Virus record (IMG/VR): IMGVR_UViG_3300045988_073020
Source of the DNA: a virus
DNA: 42,190 nucleotides
Direction: 5' to 3' (one strand)
Positions 17,039-24,913 of the stretch are shown piece after piece. How positions within the stretch are numbered: the first letter of the stretch is position 1; every line of letters starts with the position of its first letter. The position numbers and the translations under genes were made by a program. The notes beneath the pieces were generated by a model. The model worked only from the letters and a program-made list of their open reading frames with translations, was not told the origin of the DNA and ran no database searches.

Positions 17039-18202
17039 CTACGGCGCTACACGCCCTCTCATATCGTAGTAGATTCTCTCACGCTGCTCTACGAGTTCCA
17101 TTTTCCTGCAAAATGCCTTGTACTCATCAAGCTGCGCCTGATACTTGCATCTCGCAAGCATAACCATGTCTTCATCTGCTCCGGCCTTCTGTAATAACCT
17201 TACCTTCTCACGCTGCGCTCTCATATTCGTTTCAAGGTATCGCTGGCGCTGTGTGGCCTCGTATTTTGTGTATTCCCGGCCTTTAAAACGCTTAGGCTTA
17301 TCTTCCTTCGCATTCTGTTCGGAAAGCCACTTATCGCTGAATTGCCGCTCAGAAATACCAGGAATAAACGGATAATAGCTATGGTAGCAATTCGCGCCGT
17401 TAAGCCCGGTTACAGTTCCAAGGCCGCATACGGTCCGCAATTCTTCACGGCTCCAAACTTTGCCTTGCCACACTCTGTGTGTCGGTCTGGCTCCCTCGTG
17501 CCAGTCAATCTCGAAATAGTCTGTATGCAGCTTCTTGGCGTTCATTTCCGAAATCTTCCCGGTAAGCTGTGAAATCCCCGTCATAACTGCCCTTCTGGCA
17601 GCTACATCACAACGGCTTGTATATCCACTCGCATAATCGACGGTACGCAAGCCCGAATTCGTCATTTGTGTTACCACACGTCGGATCACGGTGTTATAAT
17701 CGAATGCCCCGGAAGTGATCTCAACAATGGCATTATCAAGATACTCATTGTAATAGTCTGCCAGCGGCGAAAAAACCAGCCGGCCGCCGCCCATATCAAC
17801 CTTAAACCCCAGGGATCGAGTGATATTATACAGTTCATCGTTGGATTGCTGAACAAGAGCGTTGGTAAGTTGCTGTAATTCCTGATTCGCTTCATAAGGG
17901 ACAAAATTCTCATTCACCTGTTCATATAGCTGCTTCGCTCTCGTATAATATTTCTCGATCACTTCGTCGTACAGCTCGAACGTTTCCGGGAAGGAATCTC
18001 CTACTGCTTTTTTAATGATATCCTCGATATCCTTTGTACTGTTTCCCAGTATGTAGTATCTAAGGAGTTGATAATCGGCGGTTGACGTGATCGTTCCGGT
18101 CTTCTTAATCCGGCGTATCACATCTTCCATAATTCGAGTTTCGAGGTTCCGATACTTCTTCTCGATTCCCGTAGCCAGATAACTTTCATAGCTTTTGTTC
18201 AT
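17039..18202 (-). CDS. Minor capsid / head morphogenesis protein (SPP1 gp7-like)
   Basis: 387 aa immediately downstream of the portal gene. Typical synteny. Confidence 0.75.
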   Translation of the reverse strand: MNKSYESYLATGIEKKYRNLETRIMEDVIRRIKKTGTITSTADYQLLRYYILGNSTKDIEDIIKKAVGDSFPETFELYDEVIEKYYTRAKQLYEQVNENFVPYEANQELQQLTNALVQQSNDELYNITRSLGFKVDMGGGRLVFSPLADYYNEYLDNAIVEITSGAFDYNTVIRRVVTQMTNSGLRTVDYASGYTSRCDVAARRAVMTGISQLTGKISEMNAKKLHTDYFEIDWHEGARPTHRVWQGKVWSREELRTVCGLGTVTGLNGANCYHSYYPFIPGISERQFSDKWLSEQNAKEDKPKRFKGREYTKYEATQRQRYLETNMRAQREKVRLLQKAGADEDMVMLARCKYQAQLDEYKAFCRKMELVEQRERIYYDMRGRVAP

Positions 18203-19632
18203 TACGGAATCACTCCCGTCTGTTCAGGGATTTTCTTCGCTGCCTGCTCCTCTGTTTCCCCGTACCACTTCGCCCGGTATTCTGCTAGGCTCATAACCCC
18301 CATAGCTACGTCCTGCCGGTCCTCTTTGCGCTCCGTCTGCTTATCCTCAATGATTGAATCATCAAAGTCGATTGTTATCTCTGTCTCTTCAGATAGGCCA
18401 GGGACTTTCGCCACAATCCCTAACCGTATGATAATTTTAATCAGCCTTTTGAGCACAGCATCAAGTACAATCTCGTGCTTCTGCAACGTCCGGTACATAT
18501 CGGAATTTTCCGAGATCACTTCCGTGGCTGTTGTTACGCCTCCCTGCTCAAAACGGTAACGCTGTGTTCCGAACCCACATTTCATTGAAAGATAATTAAG
18601 ATCATCATTAATAGCTTTGCTGTGCTGCTCTACCCTCAGCGTCATATCAATTTCTTTAATAGGCTCTTTCGAGTCCTTTAAATAATCATCTGGGAGGCGA
18701 TAAAACACAGTATCACCAGTATCAAAAGTCGGATTTCCGTCTTTATCCTCCAGCATCTCAGGCGCCACAAATATTCTCTTCCGGCCAAGATCAAACTCGT
18801 TCGCGTACGAGTCATATTCCAGGTCTATCTTCCGGAATACATCAATGGAATTCGCCAAGAGTGACATACCCATCGGGTTATTATCGTCTTCCGCCGCATT
18901 GTTCACCAGATTCAGCCGGTCAATTACGTACTGTGGTTCTTTCGATCCGGTCTCTATCCTGTCAGCCAGCCCCTCAAACGGTGGTAATGCATTCCACTGT
19001 TCAGGCGTCAACTCCTTCCCGGCTCCGTTCGTGCATTCAACCACCACATTCTCGATGATATAGTTTCCTGCCGCTTCTCCGGCCTTCTCAGTTCTGTGAA
19101 ACTGTATCTGTACGTACTTCTTTCGATTGTACGTGTGTGGGAATAAGAAAGCGCATTCCGTGATTTCACGGTTGTTCCATGACAGAGGGAAAATGTTGGG
19201 GGCCTCCAAATAGTTTATTCTTACTTCTCCTCCGTGCACATTCCCGGCCTCGTCAACGTCCATATTGTCGAGATACGGAATATAGGCCACTGTCCCGGTT
19301 GCCGCCTTGCGCTCCTGGTATTCATTTCCGATATTCCAGAAATCGTTTTTCTGCAATACTTCTTTGACGAATGTGTTCGTTGTCTCATCAGACAGCGTTA
19401 CTTTCACCCGTTCATTAAGAAGCAGGTTAGCCATATCCTCGCATACCTTTTTCGGCATTCCGAGGCTGTGACGATGACATTTCGTCCATGTCCCCTGACC
19501 ACCGTATATCCGGTAAACGTGGAACTTACGGACATTGCTCCGGTACCAACTATACCATTCCGATATTTTCGAGTAAAAGGAACTGTCTACTGTGTCAATT
19601 CCTTTCTTCTTGAAATAGCTAAATATATTCAT
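18202..19632 (-). CDS. Portal protein (SPP1 Gp6-like)
   Basis: About 476 aa after TerL. The start is set to the ATG (MNIFSYF) 5 nt after GGAGGTGG. Confidence 0.85.
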   Translation of the reverse strand: MNIFSYFKKKGIDTVDSSFYSKISEWYSWYRSNVRKFHVYRIYGGQGTWTKCHRHSLGMPKKVCEDMANLLLNERVKVTLSDETTNTFVKEVLQKNDFWNIGNEYQERKAATGTVAYIPYLDNMDVDEAGNVHGGEVRINYLEAPNIFPLSWNNREITECAFLFPHTYNRKKYVQIQFHRTEKAGEAAGNYIIENVVVECTNGAGKELTPEQWNALPPFEGLADRIETGSKEPQYVIDRLNLVNNAAEDDNNPMGMSLLANSIDVFRKIDLEYDSYANEFDLGRKRIFVAPEMLEDKDGNPTFDTGDTVFYRLPDDYLKDSKEPIKEIDMTLRVEQHSKAINDDLNYLSMKCGFGTQRYRFEQGGVTTATEVISENSDMYRTLQKHEIVLDAVLKRLIKIIIRLGIVAKVPGLSEETEITIDFDDSIIEDKQTERKEDRQDVAMGVMSLAEYRAKWYGETEEQAAKKIPEQTGVIP

Positions 19633-21001
19633 CTTCCACCTCCTCATCCAGCGGATTCCGGTATTCCTTTTCGTATTCCTTCACCGGGAGCCAGTGTTTC
19701 ATTTTTTTCCAGAACCCCATGACGAGATACCGGATAGCATCCATGCAGTGATCGTCCACCTTCACAGGTACTTCTTTTCCGCGCTCGATGGATTTCTTGT
19801 CATATTCATAAGTTCCGAATTCCTCCACTGCGTATTCCTGCAATGGTGAGATCGTCATAATCCCATATGTCAATAGCTTCTGTACTCTTGATATTCCGAG
19901 TTCTACCTCATTCTCGGCGCCTCGGATTAGAACAGTATAATCACAATCCCTCGTCGCTCTTTTGATCTCCTCCGCCAGCCCTCGCGCGGAAGGATCGATA
20001 AAAACATAAAAGTAACTGCACTCATACTTTTCATGCAACGCGTCTGTGAAAGAAATAAAGTCTTTCGCATAATCAGACGGGCTTTTCTGCTTTCCCGTTT
20101 CCCTGCCTGAGTAATAATACTCTGCAAGCCCGGTTAATCGTTTCTGGTATTCATCAAGGCCGGCCGCTTCATAAACGGTCGCGTTCTGCTGTCCGTAATC
20201 TACTCCAATACCAATAATCCGATACCGCCTATTTTCCGGCCTCTCCTTATGCTTGTCAGAAAACATGTAGTAGATTACCTCATCTACCCCTATGCTCTGC
20301 CCCAGCCATACCCACCTGTATTGTCGCTCATCTGCCGCCTTCATGATCTCCGCAGACTCTATCAGGTCTTTTCCAAGCCAGTCCTCCGGAACGTCTCTAT
20401 AGTCCGTGTGAATATGGATACAGTCCGCCCGCTTCTCCATCTTCTTGCACCACTTGTTGATTGGTGCGTTCGGATTCTTTGGCGGGTTGTATAGATATAT
20501 CATCTGGAATCCGCTGCTGTTGCCACGGATAAACGTAGCCTCGATATTCTGTAGTTCGTCTTCTCCCTCGCCATCATCAAAGAATTCGGTAAGTTCATCG
20601 AGGATAACCAGCTTAATAGGCTTGCTCTCATCAATGATACCTTTTGTATCGTCGATACCATCAGAACCGGCGAAATACATCGTAGTGCCATATTTACGGT
20701 ACGTGATTTCCATGGGTGATTTCCCGATCCGGAACGCCCTCTTGTCGATTCCCAGCCGGTTGATACCTCTCAGCATCTCCTTGTACACCGTCTTCCGCAG
20801 CTTGTTATGATGCTTTCTGAGCACTACTACGGAACCGTTCGGGTCGTTGATTAACTGGAAAATACTCCGAACGCCCGCGTAACTTGATTTCGTACCGGCT
20901 CTTCCGGATGTTAAAATGATATGGCGGTGTGTCTTGTCGTTAAACAGCGGAAGATACTTCGGTATGATCGTCTCTGATATCCTGATCTGCTTGCGGTGCA
21001 T
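19619..21001 (-). CDS. terL: Terminase large subunit (PBSX / Terminase_3 family)
   Basis: Walker A-like motif LTSGRAGTKSS. 460 aa. SD GGAGGTGA 6 nt upstream of the ATG. Confidence 0.9.
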   Translation of the reverse strand: MHRKQIRISETIIPKYLPLFNDKTHRHIILTSGRAGTKSSYAGVRSIFQLINDPNGSVVVLRKHHNKLRKTVYKEMLRGINRLGIDKRAFRIGKSPMEITYRKYGTTMYFAGSDGIDDTKGIIDESKPIKLVILDELTEFFDDGEGEDELQNIEATFIRGNSSGFQMIYLYNPPKNPNAPINKWCKKMEKRADCIHIHTDYRDVPEDWLGKDLIESAEIMKAADERQYRWVWLGQSIGVDEVIYYMFSDKHKERPENRRYRIIGIGVDYGQQNATVYEAAGLDEYQKRLTGLAEYYYSGRETGKQKSPSDYAKDFISFTDALHEKYECSYFYVFIDPSARGLAEEIKRATRDCDYTVLIRGAENEVELGISRVQKLLTYGIMTISPLQEYAVEEFGTYEYDKKSIERGKEVPVKVDDHCMDAIRYLVMGFWKKMKHWLPVKEYEKEYRNPLDEEVEDEYI

Positions 21002-21869
21002 CGTTTATCACCTCCACGCCGTCGCCGTTGTCTCCGCCTGCGCTCTCCCTAATGATCTTCCCGGTCTGTGCCTGTATATGGTCAATCCTTGCCCGCTGTT
21101 CTGGCGTCGCAAGGTCCATGTGGTCAGCAAGCCATTCCAGAGCCTTCATACGGTCCGCTAGCTTTATACTGGCTCCGTCCCGCCCCTGCTTAACCTCCGT
21201 TATGATCGTTCCGTCAACCACATCGGATTCACGGAAACGAACGCTGTTAACAGTTTTCATGAGCGGAACTTTTTTCCCGGTTGCCGGGTCCTCAACCTGT
21301 ATGGGGCCGAACGCTCCCATGGCCTGTATTTCCTCTCTGCCAAACTCCACATAATCGGTAATGTCAGAAAATGCAATGTCCATGTACTTCTGGAAAATAT
21401 CGTGTTCGTCAAGCATTTCCCGGTTTAGCCGGTCCTGCTTAAGCCGCGTGATTTCCGCCCTGACCTTTGGATTTCTTAGTAGTTTGCACCCTTCGACCAT
21501 TGCCGTCTCGTAACTGCTGTTATACGCTTTCTGGTATGATCTCGTTGCGTTGAAGCATCTCACATACCGGATGCAAAAAAGTCGTTGCTTGTCGGTCAGG
21601 TTAGGATTTTCTATCACCTGTATAACTTCCTCTGCAACAACTTCCTCTTTCTTTTTCCGAACGTTCGCTTTCTTTTCTGAGCGTTCGCACTTATTTTCCG
21701 AACGCTCGCTTTTCTTTTCCGAACGTTCGCTTCCCCACTTATATGTTGATTTCCAACGCCTGACCGTTCCCTCTGGTAGATTTAGTTCGTTTGCTATCTC
21801 CACTAATTTCTTTCCAGCAAGAAACATTGCTTCTGCCTGCTGTACTCTCTGATCTGGCGCTCTTGCCAT
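20940..21869 (-). CDS. terS: Terminase small subunit (N-terminal HTH plus Terminase_2 domain)
   Basis: LVEIANELNLPEGTVRRWK forms an HTH. LTDKQRLFCIRYVRCFNATRSYQKAY is the Terminase_2 signature. The start is set to the ATG (MARAPDQ) after GGTGG. Confidence 0.85.
   Translation of the reverse strand: MARAPDQRVQQAEAMFLAGKKLVEIANELNLPEGTVRRWKSTYKWGSERSEKKSERSENKCERSEKKANVRKKKEEVVAEEVIQVIENPNLTDKQRLFCIRYVRCFNATRSYQKAYNSSYETAMVEGCKLLRNPKVRAEITRLKQDRLNREMLDEHDIFQKYMDIAFSDITDYVEFGREEIQAMGAFGPIQVEDPATGKKVPLMKTVNSVRFRESDVVDGTIITEVKQGRDGASIKLADRMKALEWLADHMDLATPEQRARIDHIQAQTGKIIRESAGGDNGDGVEVINDAPQADQDIRDDHTEVSSAV
21659..21734. repeat. Three and a half tandem ~21-bp repeats inside terS, each containing GAACGTTC or a one-off variant
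   Basis: Units gaacgttcgctttcttttct / gagcgttcgcacttattttcc / gaacgctcgcttttcttttcc / gaacgttcgcttcc. They encode the SERSEKK repeats. Confidence 0.85.
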
Positions 21870-21887
21870 GGTACCACCTCTATTCGC

Positions 21888-21924
21888 ATAAAATAAAGGC
21901 ACCCGTTTGCCGCCGGATGCCTTT
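21888..21924 (-). terminator. Intrinsic terminator about 20 nt upstream of the terS SD
   Basis: On the minus strand: AAAGGCAUCCG-GCGGCAAA-CGGGUGCCUUU followed by AUUUUAU. Confidence 0.65.
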
Positions 21925-22343
21925 TACAAGGAGAAACAGATTATGAAGAATGAAGCGGATCACCCGGAATCGAACCGGGACACATTACCTTCCTATGGTC
22001 GGTGAATGTCCATCTGCTATTGATGGTATGCTCCACATATACCGGATCGTCTCCGGTATTGCCCTTATTGATTTTGTAAGGTCTATTAAGGGAGAACTTT
22101 TAGACCTTGTACGGCAGCATGGACGCAGCGCCCACATTATGGACACCTCTCCATTAAACCGCCGTTATGCAATCCATACGCGCCGTTGTACCGATTGTGT
22201 GAGGGTTTCCAGCCGCTATACCCTGCGGCCATTTTGTTAAGGCAGTAACATTAATACCCTGAAGTGGACTGCCAGTTCCCGGCTCTTTTGTGCACTTTCG
22301 TAAAAGCGTGTCAGGGTTGTGTTTTATTGATACACTTTTTTCA
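21888..22343 (-). ncRNA. Candidate ~450-nt structured leader/ncRNA between the late regulator and terS, with a tRNA-like T arm
   Basis: No credible ORF on the transcribed strand. Several perfect 6-8-bp helices. T arm CCCGG-TTCGATT-CCGGG (rc of 21963-21979). Promoter at the 5' end and terminator at the 3' end. Confidence 0.5.
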
Positions 22344-22349
22344 TTTTAA

Positions 22350-22358
22350 ATTCTATCA
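22350..22358 (-). promoter_or_regulatory. Extended -10 promoter element TGaTAGAAT (candidate late promoter)
   Basis: rc of 22350-22358, located 25 nt downstream of the stop of the putative late regulator. Confidence 0.45.
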
Positions 22359-22383
22359 CAGAAAAACCGTCGGAACCGTCGTT

Positions 22384-22860
22384 TTAAACTTTTTCTAAAA
22401 ATCTATCATGTTTACATCTGCAACTATCCGCCGTATAACTCCCTTTTCTCTTTGGGTATAGATAATTCATTCGATGCGCCACCTGCACCCAATTCAGATC
22501 CTCCACATAATACAATGTCAATAGGTTTCTGATCTCAGCATCAGCAATCCCAGATATGTACTCCTCCACCTTTGTTGTGTCTTCTAAAAGTGCCTGTTCC
22601 TCTCGTGCCAAAATGAAATCCTGCTTTTTCAGTTCAGCCTTTACTTTACTGATTTCCGGGTAAGGAGTTCCGAATATTTTCACCGTCTGTAATGGCTTTC
22701 TCCCTTTTCTGCCGCAAGCTACCGAATCAGCTACGGTATACCCCTTCTCATTTAGCTTGTTCAGGCGCCTCTGTTTCTTTTCCCGGTGCTCCTGTATCAG
22801 TCTTACCCTTGCAAGTCTGTCTGAGTATTGTTCCAGTACCTCTTTGTCCAACGGCCTCAC
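22384..22860 (-). CDS. Putative late-gene transcriptional regulator (sigma-70 region-4-like HTH; RinA/ArpU/DUF1492-like)
   Basis: The C-terminus IRNLLTLYYVEDLNWVQVAHRMN...CRCKHDRFLEKV resembles sigma region 4. It is the last gene before the packaging module. Confidence 0.55.
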   Translation of the reverse strand: MRPLDKEVLEQYSDRLARVRLIQEHREKKQRRLNKLNEKGYTVADSVACGRKGRKPLQTVKIFGTPYPEISKVKAELKKQDFILAREEQALLEDTTKVEEYISGIADAEIRNLLTLYYVEDLNWVQVAHRMNYLYPKRKGSYTADSCRCKHDRFLEKV

Positions 22861-23231
22861 CCCTTTCCTACCCGCGGCTTGTACACGCGTTCCCCATCCA
22901 GGTACTCCTCTTCCTTCCTCTGCTGGCCCAGAAGCTGCCGCATCCGATTCAGCGTATCCCGGTTCTTCTGTTCCTCAAAGAACTTTACAATCCGCTCATT
23001 TCGCTTGACAATATCTTTATTCTGCCTGCGGTATTTCCGACTCTGCTGAAACTTCGTTGCTACTCGGTTCCGCTCAGACTTATCCACTGCAAATTCTATT
23101 GCATGAACCAGATCTTGCAGACGCCGGTCCTCTTCATTCACATTTTCATACGCTGCCTTGTATTCCTGGACACATTGGTCTATGAAATTCAAGAAATTCT
23201 CCAGTTCTTTAGCCGGACTGTTTTGCTCCAC
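22857..23231 (-). CDS. Hypothetical protein (charged, coiled-coil)
   Basis: 124-aa ORF. GTG start 8 nt after GGAGG. Operon context. Confidence 0.6.
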   Translation of the reverse strand: MEQNSPAKELENFLNFIDQCVQEYKAAYENVNEEDRRLQDLVHAIEFAVDKSERNRVATKFQQSRKYRRQNKDIVKRNERIVKFFEEQKNRDTLNRMRQLLGQQRKEEEYLDGERVYKPRVGKG

Positions 23232-23514
23232 CGGCCTCGCCTCCCTGCCTATATCTTTTTCGTTTCCGCATCTGCAATACTAAATCTGGCCATAGCGCGC
23301 TATCCAGTACACCACTCGGCAGCCTCACCAGCGCAAAATGCTTATAATGCTCCACAATCTTTCCGCGGTGCGCCTCGCCAGTATGCCCCATGGAATCGAT
23401 CCCCTGGGCTTTGTAAGTATGTACGATTACGTTGCGGCCGATCCGGTAATACCGCTGTGCGGCCTGTATCTCCTTCTGGGTTATGTACCCTTTCGGGATT
23501 TCTTGACATTTCAA
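23209..23514 (-). CDS. Hypothetical protein
   Basis: 101-aa ORF. TTG start 8 nt after GGAGG. Confidence 0.55.
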   Translation of the reverse strand: MKCQEIPKGYITQKEIQAAQRYYRIGRNVIVHTYKAQGIDSMGHTGEAHRGKIVEHYKHFALVRLPSGVLDSALWPDLVLQMRKRKRYRQGGEAGGAKQSG

Positions 23515-23729
23515 TCTATGTACCTCCTGACCTCTTCTACTGCGTCATGCCAGCCTCGTGTATACAGTATATGATATTCGTGAGGCAGCTCCATGCCATT
23601 TATGCGCTCACGTATCTCTGCCAGGCGCATTCGCAACGCCTCATTCTCCTGCATTAGATCATCACAGTGCTTTTTATATTCGTCGCATTTGTTACATCCT
23701 CTTATTTTACAGCTTGTGTTGTCTATCAC
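23511..23729 (-). CDS. Hypothetical protein
   Basis: 72-aa ORF. GTG start 8 nt after GGAGG. Confidence 0.55.
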   Translation of the reverse strand: MIDNTSCKIRGCNKCDEYKKHCDDLMQENEALRMRLAEIRERINGMELPHEYHILYTRGWHDAVEEVRRYID

Positions 23730-23756
23730 GTTTCAAACCTCCTTCATATTACGATT

Positions 23757-24032
23757 TTACTCGCAAAACTCATGGATCGCCCAAAAGGGAAAAGTAACAA
23801 TCCATAATATAATCATCACGATTCTTAATAAAAATCCGATTGCCACCTGAAGTATACATTTTAGCAAATCACTTACCTTCAACATCCTTCTGTGGTGTAC
23901 TCTCCATAAATGAATTTCATGTTTTAATGCGTGTAACGGGTGTATAAATATCTGGTTCAAATCATTCCCTTTTATCGATATTTCCTTTCCGCAAACAGAA
24001 CAATATGAACTCACCTTATTTGTTTTGAACAC
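23757..24032 (-). CDS. Hypothetical membrane-anchored protein
   Basis: 91-aa ORF with a CSVCG motif and a C-terminal hydrophobic helix (VAIGFLLRIVMIILWIVTFPFWAI). Confidence 0.5.
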   Translation of the reverse strand: MFKTNKVSSYCSVCGKEISIKGNDLNQIFIHPLHALKHEIHLWRVHHRRMLKVSDLLKCILQVAIGFLLRIVMIILWIVTFPFWAIHEFCE

Positions 24033-24055
24033 TGATTTTCCCCTTCTTTCTCGAT

Positions 24056-24631
24056 TTAGTCATCTCTCAAACGAGCCGGTAAAACAATTTTTAAATTCTC
24101 CCGCTCTCCCTTTCTTCCCGTTCTGATAATCACTGGGGATACAGAGTCGTATATATCTATCTTCGCCATTTTTTTATCAGAATCGTAGGTGCTAATGGAA
24201 TCCAGTGCGTCTTTTAAGTACTTTGCGTTAATCCCTATCGTAATCATTTTCTCTTTTTCTTGATATTCCTTCAGTATCTTGTCAACAGGATAGTACTGGC
24301 CTTCCGGCTGCACATATCCCATGATTGACTCTCCCACCTGCACATACAGCCGGCTATTACTCACTTCCAATTCCGCATAGTTATCGCGTTTTGTGATCTT
24401 CGGAATTGTTGGCCTTATGTAACAGGTAAATGATTCGTCAGCTTCTACCAGCTCCGCATATTCAATCGAGATTCTGTGGCCCTCTAACGCTGTGGCCCGG
24501 ATTACTTTTTCTTTCGCGTCGATTTCTAAGTATGTCCACCGCATTAACTCCGAGAGCGTTCCGTCACCCACAAATCGCTTTGTATTATCAATAATTCGTT
24601 TAAATTCTCCAGCGCATATTTTTGCCTTCAA
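24056..24631 (-). CDS. DnaN (beta sliding clamp)-like protein, short form (~191 aa)
   Basis: VIRATALEGHRIS resembles DnaN VATDGHRLA. INAKYLKDALDSI resembles FNxxYLLDxLxxx. C-terminal IVLPARL resembles YVVMPMRL. TTG start 7 nt after GGAGG. Confidence 0.6.
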   Translation of the reverse strand: MKAKICAGEFKRIIDNTKRFVGDGTLSELMRWTYLEIDAKEKVIRATALEGHRISIEYAELVEADESFTCYIRPTIPKITKRDNYAELEVSNSRLYVQVGESIMGYVQPEGQYYPVDKILKEYQEKEKMITIGINAKYLKDALDSISTYDSDKKMAKIDIYDSVSPVIIRTGRKGERENLKIVLPARLRDD

Positions 24632-24653
24632 TTTCTTTCCTCCTCTACATGAT

Positions 24654-24875
24654 CTAATCAATTATGTCTCGTGGGTCTAATTCTTTTTCGTATTTCATTC
24701 CACAAATCGGGCATTTTGAAAGTAGGATGGGAACTTCCCTTTCTCTCTTCTTCCCCGGCTCTCTGGCAGTGAAAGATATATATACTCTCCCTGACAAAAT
24801 TTCAACGGGTGGCTGTACATGTTCATATCCCTTTTCTTCCAGCCTTTTTTTCATGTCATATATGCAATTACACAT
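24654..24875 (-). CDS. Hypothetical small Cys-containing protein
   Basis: 73-aa ORF. SD GGAGG. CPICG motif. Confidence 0.55.
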   Translation of the reverse strand: MCNCIYDMKKRLEEKGYEHVQPPVEILSGRVYISFTAREPGKKREREVPILLSKCPICGMKYEKELDPRDIID

Positions 24876-24913
24876 TCCGTTCCTCCTCTAAATGATCGTT
24901 TTACGAATTAACC

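Noticed and set aside
21659-21734. Tandem repeats as a CRISPR array or minisatellite
   Set aside because: There are only 3.5 contiguous units with no spacers, and they are entirely in frame inside terS. No CRISPR-like array was seen anywhere in the window.
21950-22030. Possible tRNA gene on the minus strand, suggested by a perfect T arm (CCCGG-TTCGATT-CCGGG) and an acceptor-like 3' strand
   Set aside because: No complementary 5' acceptor strand lies at the expected distance. The candidate ACCATCA pairs at only 4 of 7 positions. No D arm or 5-bp/7-nt anticodon arm can be drawn. It is treated as a tRNA-like element within a larger RNA or as a tRNA remnant.
21950-22240. 96-aa plus-strand ORF in the terS-upstream gap
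   Set aside because: It lies on the strand opposite to all surrounding transcription. It has no SD, and its Arg/His-rich composition fits the GC-rich structured region better than a coding sequence.
22692-23657. 321-aa plus-strand ORF, the longest ORF in this region
   Set aside because: It is antisense to four well-supported, SD-preceded and translationally coupled minus-strand genes. It has Pro/Leu/Ser-rich low-complexity composition and no SD. It is a typical shadow ORF.
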